Of a DNA stretch of 64,000 nucleotides, positions 56,124 through 64,000 are shown in pieces (the first letter of the stretch is position 1; each line of letters begins with the position of its first letter). The position numbers were made by a program, and so were the translations under genes. The stretch comes from Pyrinomonadales bacterium (lineage in GTDB: Bacteria > Acidobacteriota > Blastocatellia > Pyrinomonadales > Pyrinomonadaceae), in assembly GCA_038230715.1 (NCBI GenBank), contig JBBRMS010000009.1:4945-68944 (forward strand). The letters are read 5' to 3'. The notes beneath the pieces were generated by a model, which did no database searches, was not told the origin of the DNA, and was given only the letters and a program-made list of their open reading frames with translations.

Positions 56124-57137
56124 ATGGCTAGTCGCTGGAGGAAAATCACACTGATCAGCCTGGTGGTAATTATCACCTTGCTCGCCGCGGGCATTACTTT
56201 CACTGTGGGCTGGCGGCCCATCATCGGGGCAAAGAAGCGTGCGCTCACCGATCGCAAATTTGAACCGACGCCAATGAGACTTGCTCGCGGGAAATACATG
56301 GTCGATGCCGTGATGGGATGCTTTGCTTGTCATACAGAGCAGGACTGGTCAAAGCCGGGCGCGCCGCCGGTGGCGGGGCGGGAAGGCTCGGGACGATCGT
56401 GGGCGAATGACGGACTGCCATGGTTGATTGTTCCCAACATCACGCCGGACAAAGAAACCGGCGCCGGCACGTGGACTGATGACATGTTTGCGCGTGCCAT
56501 TCGCGAAGGGATTGGTCACGATGGCCGGACTTTATTTCCCGTCATGCCTTATCAGAACTATCGCCAATTATCCGATGAAGACCTCGCTTCAGTGATCGCT
56601 TATGTTCGTTCAGTGCCGGCGGTGCGGAACCAACTGCCGATGACTAAGATCCCTTTCCCGCTTAACTTCCTGATGCACAGCATGCCGCAACCGGTTGAGG
56701 CCGCGGTGCCGGCGCCCGATCAATCAACGCCGGTAGCGCGCGGCGATTACCTCGTGCGCATGGCCTCATGTTCGGACTGTCACACGCCGCGAGAGAAGGG
56801 CCAGACGCTGCCGGGATTGGAATTCGGCGGCGGCGCCCCATTTAACGAACCGACCGGCACTGTTTTTTCACATAATATTACCCCCGCGCCTTCGGGCATC
56901 GGCTACTACAGCGACAACTTGTTTGTGCAGGTGATGCACACGGGCAAAGTCGGCGCGCGCCAATTGCACTCATCGATGCCCTGGTATTTATATGGAAAAA
57001 TGATTGATGACGATCTGAAATCCATGTTTGCTTTTCTGCAAACGCTCAAGCCGGTCAAGCATCAGTTGGACAATACCGAGCCCCCGACTTACTGCAAGCT
57101 GTGCAAGCACAAGCACGGGTTTGGACATACGAATTGA
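56124..57137 (+). CDS. Membrane-anchored di-haem c-type cytochrome
   Basis: N-terminal TM segment and two CxxCH motifs (CFACH, CSDCH). GGGAGG lies upstream of the ATG. Confidence 0.8.
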   Translation: MASRWRKITLISLVVIITLLAAGITFTVGWRPIIGAKKRALTDRKFEPTPMRLARGKYMVDAVMGCFACHTEQDWSKPGAPPVAGREGSGRSWANDGLPWLIVPNITPDKETGAGTWTDDMFARAIREGIGHDGRTLFPVMPYQNYRQLSDEDLASVIAYVRSVPAVRNQLPMTKIPFPLNFLMHSMPQPVEAAVPAPDQSTPVARGDYLVRMASCSDCHTPREKGQTLPGLEFGGGAPFNEPTGTVFSHNITPAPSGIGYYSDNLFVQVMHTGKVGARQLHSSMPWYLYGKMIDDDLKSMFAFLQTLKPVKHQLDNTEPPTYCKLCKHKHGFGHTN

Positions 57138-57194
57138 TGTTACTTAAAACGATAAGCAGCGGGCAGGGACACCCGCGGACCGCACATAGGATGC

Positions 57195-57887
57195 GTGCGC
57201 TCCGGATATGAAATGAAGCGAGTTACTCAGAGACGTCTGCAGATTCTTTTGGGCTTCGGAGCCGTGGTGCTGGCCGTCTCTGTCTTTGTGGCGCGCACGA
57301 ACCGGCTGGTTAAGCCCGGCGGGCTCGTGCCCTCGCCTCAGTCACAACCGCACACTTCAACCCAGCCCGCACCGGTTTCCTCTTGGCAGCCCAACAACTC
57401 TCCACCAGTCGCTTTATCGACGCCTTTACCATCGCCCAATCCCCCAACTCAGGAAGGCCCGAGCGATAAATTGATCGTTCCCGTAGCCGGAGTCGCGCGA
57501 GATCAATTGCGCGACACCTTTTCCGATTCACGCTCTCAGGGACGTGTTCATGACGCGATCGATATCCTCGCGCCACAGGGAACACCCGTTCTGGCTGCTG
57601 CCGATGGCATGATCGTGAAGCTATTTCATAGCGACCGAGGCGGCACCACGATTTATCAATCGAGTGTCGATCGCAAATTCATCTACTACTATGCACACCT
57701 TGATCGATACGCCGATGGTCTGGCCGAAGGCCACCTGGCCAGGCAAGGCGAAACGATCGCCTATGTCGGCGACACCGGAAATGCGGGAGCCGGCAACTAT
57801 CATCTGCACTTCTCAATCGCGATCGTTTCGGATCCTAAGCGATACTGGGAAGGCACCAACATCAATCCTTACCCACTCCTAAAATAA
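57195..57887 (+). CDS. M23 (LytM-type) peptidase
   Basis: HDAIDI, YYYAHL and GDTGNAGAGNYHLHF motifs. The start is GTG 57195 or ATG 57213. Confidence 0.85.
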   Translation: MRSGYEMKRVTQRRLQILLGFGAVVLAVSVFVARTNRLVKPGGLVPSPQSQPHTSTQPAPVSSWQPNNSPPVALSTPLPSPNPPTQEGPSDKLIVPVAGVARDQLRDTFSDSRSQGRVHDAIDILAPQGTPVLAAADGMIVKLFHSDRGGTTIYQSSVDRKFIYYYAHLDRYADGLAEGHLARQGETIAYVGDTGNAGAGNYHLHFSIAIVSDPKRYWEGTNINPYPLLK

Positions 57888-57890
57888 TCA

Positions 57891-57920
57891 GAACAGGCTG
57901 GCTGCCTGTTCTATCTTTAA
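57891..57920 (+). terminator. Rho-independent terminator (GAACAGGC...GCCTGTTC hairpin)
   Basis: GAACAGGCTGGCTGCCTGTTC followed by TATCTTTAATT. A second related hairpin GAACAGACCGGGCAGACTGTTC lies at 57929-57950. Confidence 0.7.
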
Positions 57921-58131
57921 TTGTTGAGGAACAGACCGGGCAGACTGTTCTACAATCGTGATCGACGTTCGCTTACCATGCAACACCGGCGAACTCTTCT
58001 CGCATAATCCCTGTTATTGCTGCTGATTAACGTTCCCTGCGAGGGAACGACCATTGCAAGCTGTTTGCTTCACTCGGCCCAAAATTTCAAGACTCAAAGA
58101 TCAAAAACAATTGGTATAGGAGCAGTTACTT

Positions 58132-59556
58132 ATGAAAAGGTTTTTCGGTCAGATGCTTTCTTTCGCAGCTTGCCTGGCAGCATTGGGATGCGTGACTCAA
58201 CCTGCCGGGAACCAGCCGGTAGCGAATTCAAATTCGTCGCCGGCCGCATCCGCGACGGTTTCTCCTTCGCCCTTGGCTGAAGCAAAGGCGCCCGCACAGC
58301 CGCTGACGCTGCCGGTGCTGGATGCGTTTCTGGCTGACAACGCCTCCGCTGATTTGCTGAAGACGCGACTGCAACTGACGGGCGACCAGGTGACTAAGCT
58401 CAAGCAGATGGCCCATGCGGAAACTTCCAAGCTGAACGAAACCAGCGCCGGTAATAGCGAAGGCGAATCCGCCAACGCGCGCGCACAGGCCGAAGAAAAG
58501 ATCGCAACTCTGATCGGCGCTGAGAAAACCAATCAGCTCGCTGGGCTCGTCGGTGAATGGTGGAGTTCCAATCCCACCGACGGCACGGCTCCCGCGAAAC
58601 AGGAAAACCGCGAACAAGCCTCGACCGGACCAAACGCGGTACCGACTGATTCGCGGATCGTTGTCAATGCTCCGGCTTTTCGCATGGATGTTTTCGATAG
58701 TGGTCGCTTAATCAAGACTTACAAGATCGGCATTGGCTATCCACAATTTCCGCTGCCAACCGGTTTGCGCAAGGCCAGCGTAATCATTTTCAATCCCACC
58801 TGGACACCGCCCGACGAACCCTGGGTGGCTAAAATGAAGGACGTCACCGCAGGCGAAAAGGTGGAAGCCGGTAGCAAGCTCAACCCGCTCGGTCCCATCA
58901 AGATTCCGATCGGCGGACCTTCGCTGATTCATGGCGGCAAGTCGCCGGCCAAGCTGGGCACGTTCGCCTCACATGGTTGTGTGGGACTGACCACTCCGCA
59001 AGTTCAGGACTTTGCCAAAGTCCTGGCCCAACTGACGGGCATTCAACTAAGCGATGCTGACGTGACCGCTTATGGCCGCGACAAGACCAAGACAAAAAAC
59101 GTTAAGCTGGGCCAGCCGGTGCCGGTCGAACTGCGCTACGAAACGATCGTGGTCGAAGACGGCAAGCTGCACATCTATCGCGATGTCTACGATCGGGGGA
59201 CGAACACCGAAGAAAATCTGCGGGCCGTTTTGACCTCCAACAACGTCAAGCTGGAAGACCTTTCAGAAGCGGAACGAAACCAGATTTCCAATGCGCTGGC
59301 ACAGTTGTCAGGAAAGCCGACTTCGCGGACAGAAACGCCTGCGAAAGAATCTTCGCCTGCCGCTTCGCCCAAAGCATCACCGGCGACCAAGCCGACCGCA
59401 GCCAGGACAACGCGCATCACTAAAAACCAAAAAGAGGTGGTGATCGAAATTGCCGCGTTGGCCGGCAAGGGATACCCAGCGCCCGTGGCTTTGGATACCG
59501 GCAGTGGCAAAACGAAGGCGGCGCCGCCCATCGCCAAAAGCGCGGCCCGACCGTAG
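58132..59556 (+). CDS. L,D-transpeptidase (YkuD domain) lipoprotein with long low-complexity tail
   Basis: Lipobox-like FAACLAALGC. YkuD catalytic region IHGGKSPAKLGTFASHGCVGL. AGGAG lies upstream of the ATG. Confidence 0.85.
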   Translation: MKRFFGQMLSFAACLAALGCVTQPAGNQPVANSNSSPAASATVSPSPLAEAKAPAQPLTLPVLDAFLADNASADLLKTRLQLTGDQVTKLKQMAHAETSKLNETSAGNSEGESANARAQAEEKIATLIGAEKTNQLAGLVGEWWSSNPTDGTAPAKQENREQASTGPNAVPTDSRIVVNAPAFRMDVFDSGRLIKTYKIGIGYPQFPLPTGLRKASVIIFNPTWTPPDEPWVAKMKDVTAGEKVEAGSKLNPLGPIKIPIGGPSLIHGGKSPAKLGTFASHGCVGLTTPQVQDFAKVLAQLTGIQLSDADVTAYGRDKTKTKNVKLGQPVPVELRYETIVVEDGKLHIYRDVYDRGTNTEENLRAVLTSNNVKLEDLSEAERNQISNALAQLSGKPTSRTETPAKESSPAASPKASPATKPTAARTTRITKNQKEVVIEIAALAGKGYPAPVALDTGSGKTKAAPPIAKSAARP

Positions 59557-59759
59557 TAACGCGCCCGGTGTGGAGTGCGCTGCCTTGCGAGCGCGACTTG
59601 TCACCGCGGTCTGAAACGAAACCAGTCTCGTCCGGTCGAGGCTTTTGAAGGGCGGCAACAAGGTGCCGCCTTCCACGTCATCGTATTCAATTGAAAAGGC
59701 GCCGCTCACTTGAGAGCGACGCCTTTATCTTCCATTCACAGACTACAAGTTTGACTTCG

Positions 59760-62135
59760 CTACTTCGGAAAACGCCCGCGGTATTCAGCCGAGGTGATGA
59801 ACGCTTTCACCATATCCGCGTTTACGAAGTTGCCGTTGAACTGATTGAGTTTGCCCAGCCAGAAATTGTATCCCTGATAATTGAGCGTCGATTCCGGTGG
59901 ATCGTTCGGGTTGCGTCGCAGATAACCGAAGTACTCCATCAACACAAACGCTTTGTTGAACTCAGCCGATTTTAGCTCCTGGTCTTCGGCGACGATCAGC
60001 AGCACCTGGCCGGCGGTTTTGGTTTCGGATATCAGATCGGCCACCAATTGGTCTCTCTCGGCAGTCGTCAGCACACCGCCGGCGTTCGCATTGATGGTGT
60101 CCACGTATTGATCAACCGATGTGCCGGCCCGAAAAACTTCGGCAAACCGCGAACGGCGCGCAAAGCCCTCAACGTATGTCCGCTTATTATTCTCGAGAGT
60201 AGCTTCCCAACCCGTCTGGCCCACGACCACGCCCTGTTGCAGTTGTTGCGTATCCGGCAGAAATTCGCTGAACCGAAGCGGGACTGGCGCGTCGGATATA
60301 TTCCCGTAAGCGGTCTTGTAAGTGCGATAGACCAAATAACCGGTCTGCTGAAATTCAATCGAGAGGAAGAACGCCGCGGAGGCATTCACCCGTTTGAGAT
60401 CTCGGCAATTCGCGTCCGAGCCGCAACTATCGATCTGATTCACCCAGAAGTTAAAGCCCGCTTCGTCCGGTTCGCGACTGAGGAAGTCCAGGTAGTGCTG
60501 GCGCACAAAGTATTCAGTGGTGTCCAGCGGGTTCAATCCCGCCGCCGTGAAGGTCGCGGTAAACGACGCGTCGGTATGCAGCCCCGGGTGAACAAAAGTT
60601 CGCAGCGCCGGAGTGAAAGCGTAGTTGGCGCGGGCCGGTGTCGCTGTGTATGAACTATTGACGCCCACGCCATCAAAGCGATAGTTACCCTGAGAATCCG
60701 TAATCGTTAACCGGGTCTGGGCGCCCTTCAATCTAATAGCCACGCCTTCCACCGGGGCGCTATTGGTATCGAGAATGCGACCGGAAATATCGCTGGCCTG
60801 CACCGTGACCAGATAACGAGCGAGCGCGATATCAGCCTGTCCAATCGTGGCGGTCGATCCAGTCACGACAATCTTGTTGTCTGCCTGGATTACCAAGCCT
60901 CTGCCGTTTTCGACGTTACCGGAAAAATCAGTAGTAACTTTTCCACCCGCGCCGAAGGTCGCGTCGAGAGAGCCGTTGGGATTGTAGCGAGCCAGTCCAA
61001 AGTCGCCAGTTGAGCCCGTAGTCAGCTTCGCCGCTCCGGCCAGAACTATCTTTCCATCGATCTGCAGGGCAATCGCTTTCGCCCGGTCAGTTGTGCCGTT
61101 GAAGTCGGTCGTGACGATTCCGTTGGTACCGAACGAGGTGTCTATAGAACCGTTCGCCAAGTATCGCACCATGCCAAAGTCCTGTGCAAAATTCGCCTGG
61201 CCGCCGGCAATTATTCTTCCGTCCACCTGAATGGCGAGGGCAAAAATTTCATCGTCTTCACCGTCGCCGGGTACGACCTGTGTGGTGACTTTGCCACTGC
61301 TGCCGAAACCAAAATCGAGCAACCCACCGGCCGTGAAACGCACCAGTGAGAACATTACAAACGCCCCACCCGTGGTCAGCGTGGATCCGCCCACAACGAT
61401 CTTACCGTCGGATTGAATCGCGAGGGCATTCCCAAAATCGCGGGTGTTGTTGATATTAATGACGACCTTGCCAATTCCGAAGCCGCCGAAGGTGGTGTCC
61501 AGCGCCCCGTTAGTGGTGTAACGCGCAAGGGCTGTGTGCGCATCACCGACCGTGGCGAAGCCCGCCAGGACGATCTTTCCATCGCTTTGCAAGCCGATTG
61601 AAGTTGCTTGATCAAGACCTCCGTTGAAGTCGGTCGTAACTTTGCCGCCGGCGCCAAAAGTTGAATCGAGAGAGCCGTTCGAGTTGTAACGGACGAGCGC
61701 AAAATCGAACTGTGTCGCAGATCCGAGATTAGCGGTGCCGGCCACCAGGATTTTACCGTCAGGCTGAACTGCTATGGCAAAGCCAACATCGCTGAGACCG
61801 GCAAAATCTGTGGTGACCCTTCCACCGGTTCCAAACGAAGCGTCAAGTGAGCCGTCAGCATTGTAACGAGCCACGGTGAGATCGGGCGCACCCTGCGCGC
61901 TTAGCCCGTCTCCGGTCACGACAATTTTTCCGTCCGGCTGCAACGCAATTGCATTCGCGGCATTACTGCGATTGGAGAAATCAGTGACAACTTTCCCTGC
62001 TGATCCGAAAGCTGGATCCAGATCACCGTCAGTCGCGGCGCTGGTGCCGCTCACAAAAATAAACAGAGTAGCTATGACAATCGCGGTCGATACAATAATG
62101 GTAGTTCGTACAGAATTTTGGTAATGGAATCTCAT
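59760..62135 (-). CDS. Protein E: secreted delta-60-repeat protein with carboxypeptidase-regulatory-like domain, ending in the shared module
   Basis: The start at MRFHYQNSVRTTIIVSTAIVIATLFIFVSGTSAA gives a signal peptide. There are about 9 repeats of the form DGSLD.(S/T)FG.GGKVTTDF......A.A...Q.DGKIV.(A/T)G. CarboxypepD_reg-like region ISGRILDTNSAPVEGVAIRLKG...TDSQGNYRF. The module is at 59763-60533. Confidence 0.85.
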   Translation of the reverse strand: MRFHYQNSVRTTIIVSTAIVIATLFIFVSGTSAATDGDLDPAFGSAGKVVTDFSNRSNAANAIALQPDGKIVVTGDGLSAQGAPDLTVARYNADGSLDASFGTGGRVTTDFAGLSDVGFAIAVQPDGKILVAGTANLGSATQFDFALVRYNSNGSLDSTFGAGGKVTTDFNGGLDQATSIGLQSDGKIVLAGFATVGDAHTALARYTTNGALDTTFGGFGIGKVVININNTRDFGNALAIQSDGKIVVGGSTLTTGGAFVMFSLVRFTAGGLLDFGFGSSGKVTTQVVPGDGEDDEIFALAIQVDGRIIAGGQANFAQDFGMVRYLANGSIDTSFGTNGIVTTDFNGTTDRAKAIALQIDGKIVLAGAAKLTTGSTGDFGLARYNPNGSLDATFGAGGKVTTDFSGNVENGRGLVIQADNKIVVTGSTATIGQADIALARYLVTVQASDISGRILDTNSAPVEGVAIRLKGAQTRLTITDSQGNYRFDGVGVNSSYTATPARANYAFTPALRTFVHPGLHTDASFTATFTAAGLNPLDTTEYFVRQHYLDFLSREPDEAGFNFWVNQIDSCGSDANCRDLKRVNASAAFFLSIEFQQTGYLVYRTYKTAYGNISDAPVPLRFSEFLPDTQQLQQGVVVGQTGWEATLENNKRTYVEGFARRSRFAEVFRAGTSVDQYVDTINANAGGVLTTAERDQLVADLISETKTAGQVLLIVAEDQELKSAEFNKAFVLMEYFGYLRRNPNDPPESTLNYQGYNFWLGKLNQFNGNFVNADMVKAFITSAEYRGRFPK
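59763..60533 (-). repeat. Shared C-terminal module, copy E (257 aa)
   Basis: NPLDTTEYFVRQHYLDFLSREPDEAGFNFW...AAFFLSIEFQQTGYLVYRTYKTAYG...EFNKAFVLMEYFGYLRRNPND...GYNFWLGKLNQFNGNFVNADMVKAFITSAEYRGRFPK. Confidence 0.9.
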
Positions 62136-62387
62136 ACTTAAGTTGAACCTCTGGGTATCAGACGGGCAATGACCGTGCCGCCGGATTCCTACTCTAATGC
62201 CGCTATTTAGCACCTTCTACTGAGTTCTCCTGGGGAATTATGCTCCACATGAATGAATTTAGAGTCAGTATCGAGACAACCACGGTCGCGACCAGATAGA
62301 AGCTAAAAAGCGCAGGAAGCGCGCAACGAATCACTTCGTTGGCACCTCCTGCGCTCCTCGCACTTCTGCTGCGACTGTGTTGGATCT

Positions 62388-62432
62388 GAAAAACTGCCGC
62401 AGTGCTACTGCGATCCACGAAACCTTCGTGGA
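62388..62432 (-). terminator. Tandem hairpins / Rho-independent terminator downstream of the TonB-dependent receptor gene
   Basis: On the minus strand: CCACGAAGGTTTCGTGG, then CGCAGTAGCACTGCG followed by GCAGTTTTT. Confidence 0.65.
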
Positions 62433-62443
62433 CTGTGCTTAGC

Positions 62444-64000
62444 CTAAAACCTGAACTTCGCCGCCAGTTGGATCTGCCGCTCTCCCAGGAAGGTGCGAGC
62501 AAAACCAAATGGAGTGGACAACGCCGGATTGGCAAAGACCGTCGCCGACGAACTGGCGATCGTGTACCGTCCGGTGTTGACCGAAGCGATGTTCGAGCGA
62601 TTGAACAGGTTGAAGGCTTCCGCCACCAGACTCAACTTGTATTTCTCTCCGAACATGAACGACTTGGTCACCCGAGTATCGAAGATATAAATGCTGGGTG
62701 TAGTGAAGCCGTTGCGCGCCGTTCCGGGAACTCGGTCAGTAGCCGAGTTGCCGTCGCGATTAGCATCACCCGTGATCGTCGCCGAGTAGGCAAAGCCACT
62801 CTGCAATGTCGCGATGCCTGAGAAGGTCCAGTTACTCAGGAAAGCACTGGCGAATGCATTGTCTTTCGCCACCCGCCCGATTTCGTAAACCGGGCTGAAA
62901 ACCAGGCGATGCCGGATATCCAGATCGCTGCGACCGTAGTCAGCGTTGATGTCCAGATTGTTCTGCAGGCCCTTTACGTCATCGGTGCCGACCACAACCA
63001 TCGTCTGATCAGGCTTGCTGTCTTTTGCGCTCGAGAAGGTGTAAGCCGCGATGAATTGGAAGCCACGCGAGAAACGCCGCTTCAGTTCTACCGCCAGACC
63101 GTTGTACTGCGAACGGGCCGAACTTTCGAACAGACTGATGCGAGTAAAGCCGGCGATGGGCCGAGTCGCCGGATGACGCAGGACGGTAAAGGCAGTCCCG
63201 CTCGGATCCGTCACCGTCGTGGCCACCGGGGCGCTCAGGTTCGTATCCCGCGTGCGCGAGAGGTTCACACCTTTGAAGTAAAGGTAAGTCACCGAGAGAC
63301 TCGTGTTCGAGAAGATCTCGCGCTCGACACCAAGGCGTGCCTGATGAACATAAGGCTGCTGGTAATTCTTGTCGAACAAATAGAGACTCGGAGTTTGCGC
63401 CCCTGCCGCCGGCGGGGTGGTAAAGATGGCCGGATAGGTCAGACAGGGATTCGGAACGGTCGTACAGTTCAGCGTAACACCAGTGACCTGAATGCCATTC
63501 TGCGAGTGCGAGGTGCCCAGCATGATGCCGGTCGTGCGACCCACAAAGATTCCATAACCACCGCGGATCACAGTCTTCTGATCAATCGCATAGCTTAGGC
63601 CAATACGCGGCGCGAAATTGTTGCCGTCTTTCACTCGCGTGGTCGTGTCCAGGCCAGCCGCCGCCAGGACAGCGCTGGGATTGAACACCGTCGGAGGGGC
63701 CAGCTTCTGATAGTCGTAACGCAGACCGAGGTTCAGCGTCAGCTTTGGATTAACTCGCCAGTCGTCCTGCGCGAAAAATCCGTAGTCGTTCAAATTAGGT
63801 TTAGTCGTGCCTCCCGAAGTCCCCGCTCCGCCAAAATTCTGGGTGTAGGAAGCCGGCGTGTTCGACGCGAACAGAGCATAAGAGTTAAAGGTGTATTGTC
63901 CGGTGAACAACCCCGGGAAGAAATTGAAGATGCGATCAAAATTCAGGTCGGCCCCAAACTTCAGATTGTGCGCGCCATGTGTGTAGCTGATGTTGTCGAT
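62444..64000 (-). CDS. TonB-dependent outer-membrane receptor, C-terminal barrel part (5' end beyond right edge)
   Basis: The frame stays open to position 64000 (…IDNISYTHGAHNLKFGADLNFDRIFNFFPGLFTGQY…). The barrel-type sequence has alternating aromatic residues and ends in the terminal aromatic LAAKFRF. Confidence 0.85.
   Translation of the reverse strand: MDNISYTHGAHNLKFGADLNFDRIFNFFPGLFTGQYTFNSYALFASNTPASYTQNFGGAGTSGGTTKPNLNDYGFFAQDDWRVNPKLTLNLGLRYDYQKLAPPTVFNPSAVLAAAGLDTTTRVKDGNNFAPRIGLSYAIDQKTVIRGGYGIFVGRTTGIMLGTSHSQNGIQVTGVTLNCTTVPNPCLTYPAIFTTPPAAGAQTPSLYLFDKNYQQPYVHQARLGVEREIFSNTSLSVTYLYFKGVNLSRTRDTNLSAPVATTVTDPSGTAFTVLRHPATRPIAGFTRISLFESSARSQYNGLAVELKRRFSRGFQFIAAYTFSSAKDSKPDQTMVVVGTDDVKGLQNNLDINADYGRSDLDIRHRLVFSPVYEIGRVAKDNAFASAFLSNWTFSGIATLQSGFAYSATITGDANRDGNSATDRVPGTARNGFTTPSIYIFDTRVTKSFMFGEKYKLSLVAEAFNLFNRSNIASVNTGRYTIASSSATVFANPALSTPFGFARTFLGERQIQLAAKFRF

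Noticed and set aside
60850-62000. Periodic ~170-bp nucleotide repeats on the minus strand.
   Set aside because: They are explained by the tandem delta-60 protein repeats of protein E, so they are not an independent DNA-level feature.
37554-62135. Interpreting the five module proteins as polymorphic toxins or a contact-dependent inhibition-like system.
   Set aside because: Polymorphic toxins have conserved N-terminal delivery regions and variable C-terminal toxin tips, followed by small immunity genes. Here the polarity is reversed (variable N-terminus, constant C-terminus), and no small immunity-like ORFs follow the genes.

Overview
This window looks like a GC-rich chromosomal segment from a Gram-negative bacterium. 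Its gene content and intergenic repeats suggest Acidobacteriota, but I cannot verify that without a database search. About two thirds is ordinary housekeeping. That part covers Kdo and LPS genes (kdsD, lptD, lpxB), a bifunctional RelA/SpoT enzyme, an exbB-exbD-exbD-tonB-TPR cluster, tgt-yajC-secD-secF, der, pdxH, an M16 peptidase pair, mscL and one tRNA-Arg(CCG). I found no CRISPR array, integrase, transposase or phage genes.

The part worth a second look is an accessory-looking island of large secreted proteins at about 35.7-51.4 kb, plus one more gene at 59.8-62.1 kb. Five ORFs with signal peptides carry unrelated N-terminal domains: an S8 subtilase, a PD40-like propeller, BNR/Asp-box propellers, delta-60 repeats, and one with almost no N-terminal domain at all. 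All five end in the same module of roughly 260 aa. The module is two DUF4214-like repeats flanking a conserved middle region. A GT4 glycosyltransferase sits inside the cluster, and an M10 metalloprotease is transcribed divergently from its S8 end. My best candidate for an undescribed system is that this module is a shared surface-anchoring or assembly tag.

Secondary observations are several families of short palindromic intergenic repeats, an MscL with a C-terminal zinc ribbon in an apparent operon with a CheY-like receiver, and a few long structured leaders. All protein calls rest on motifs I read by eye in the supplied translations. No searches were run.
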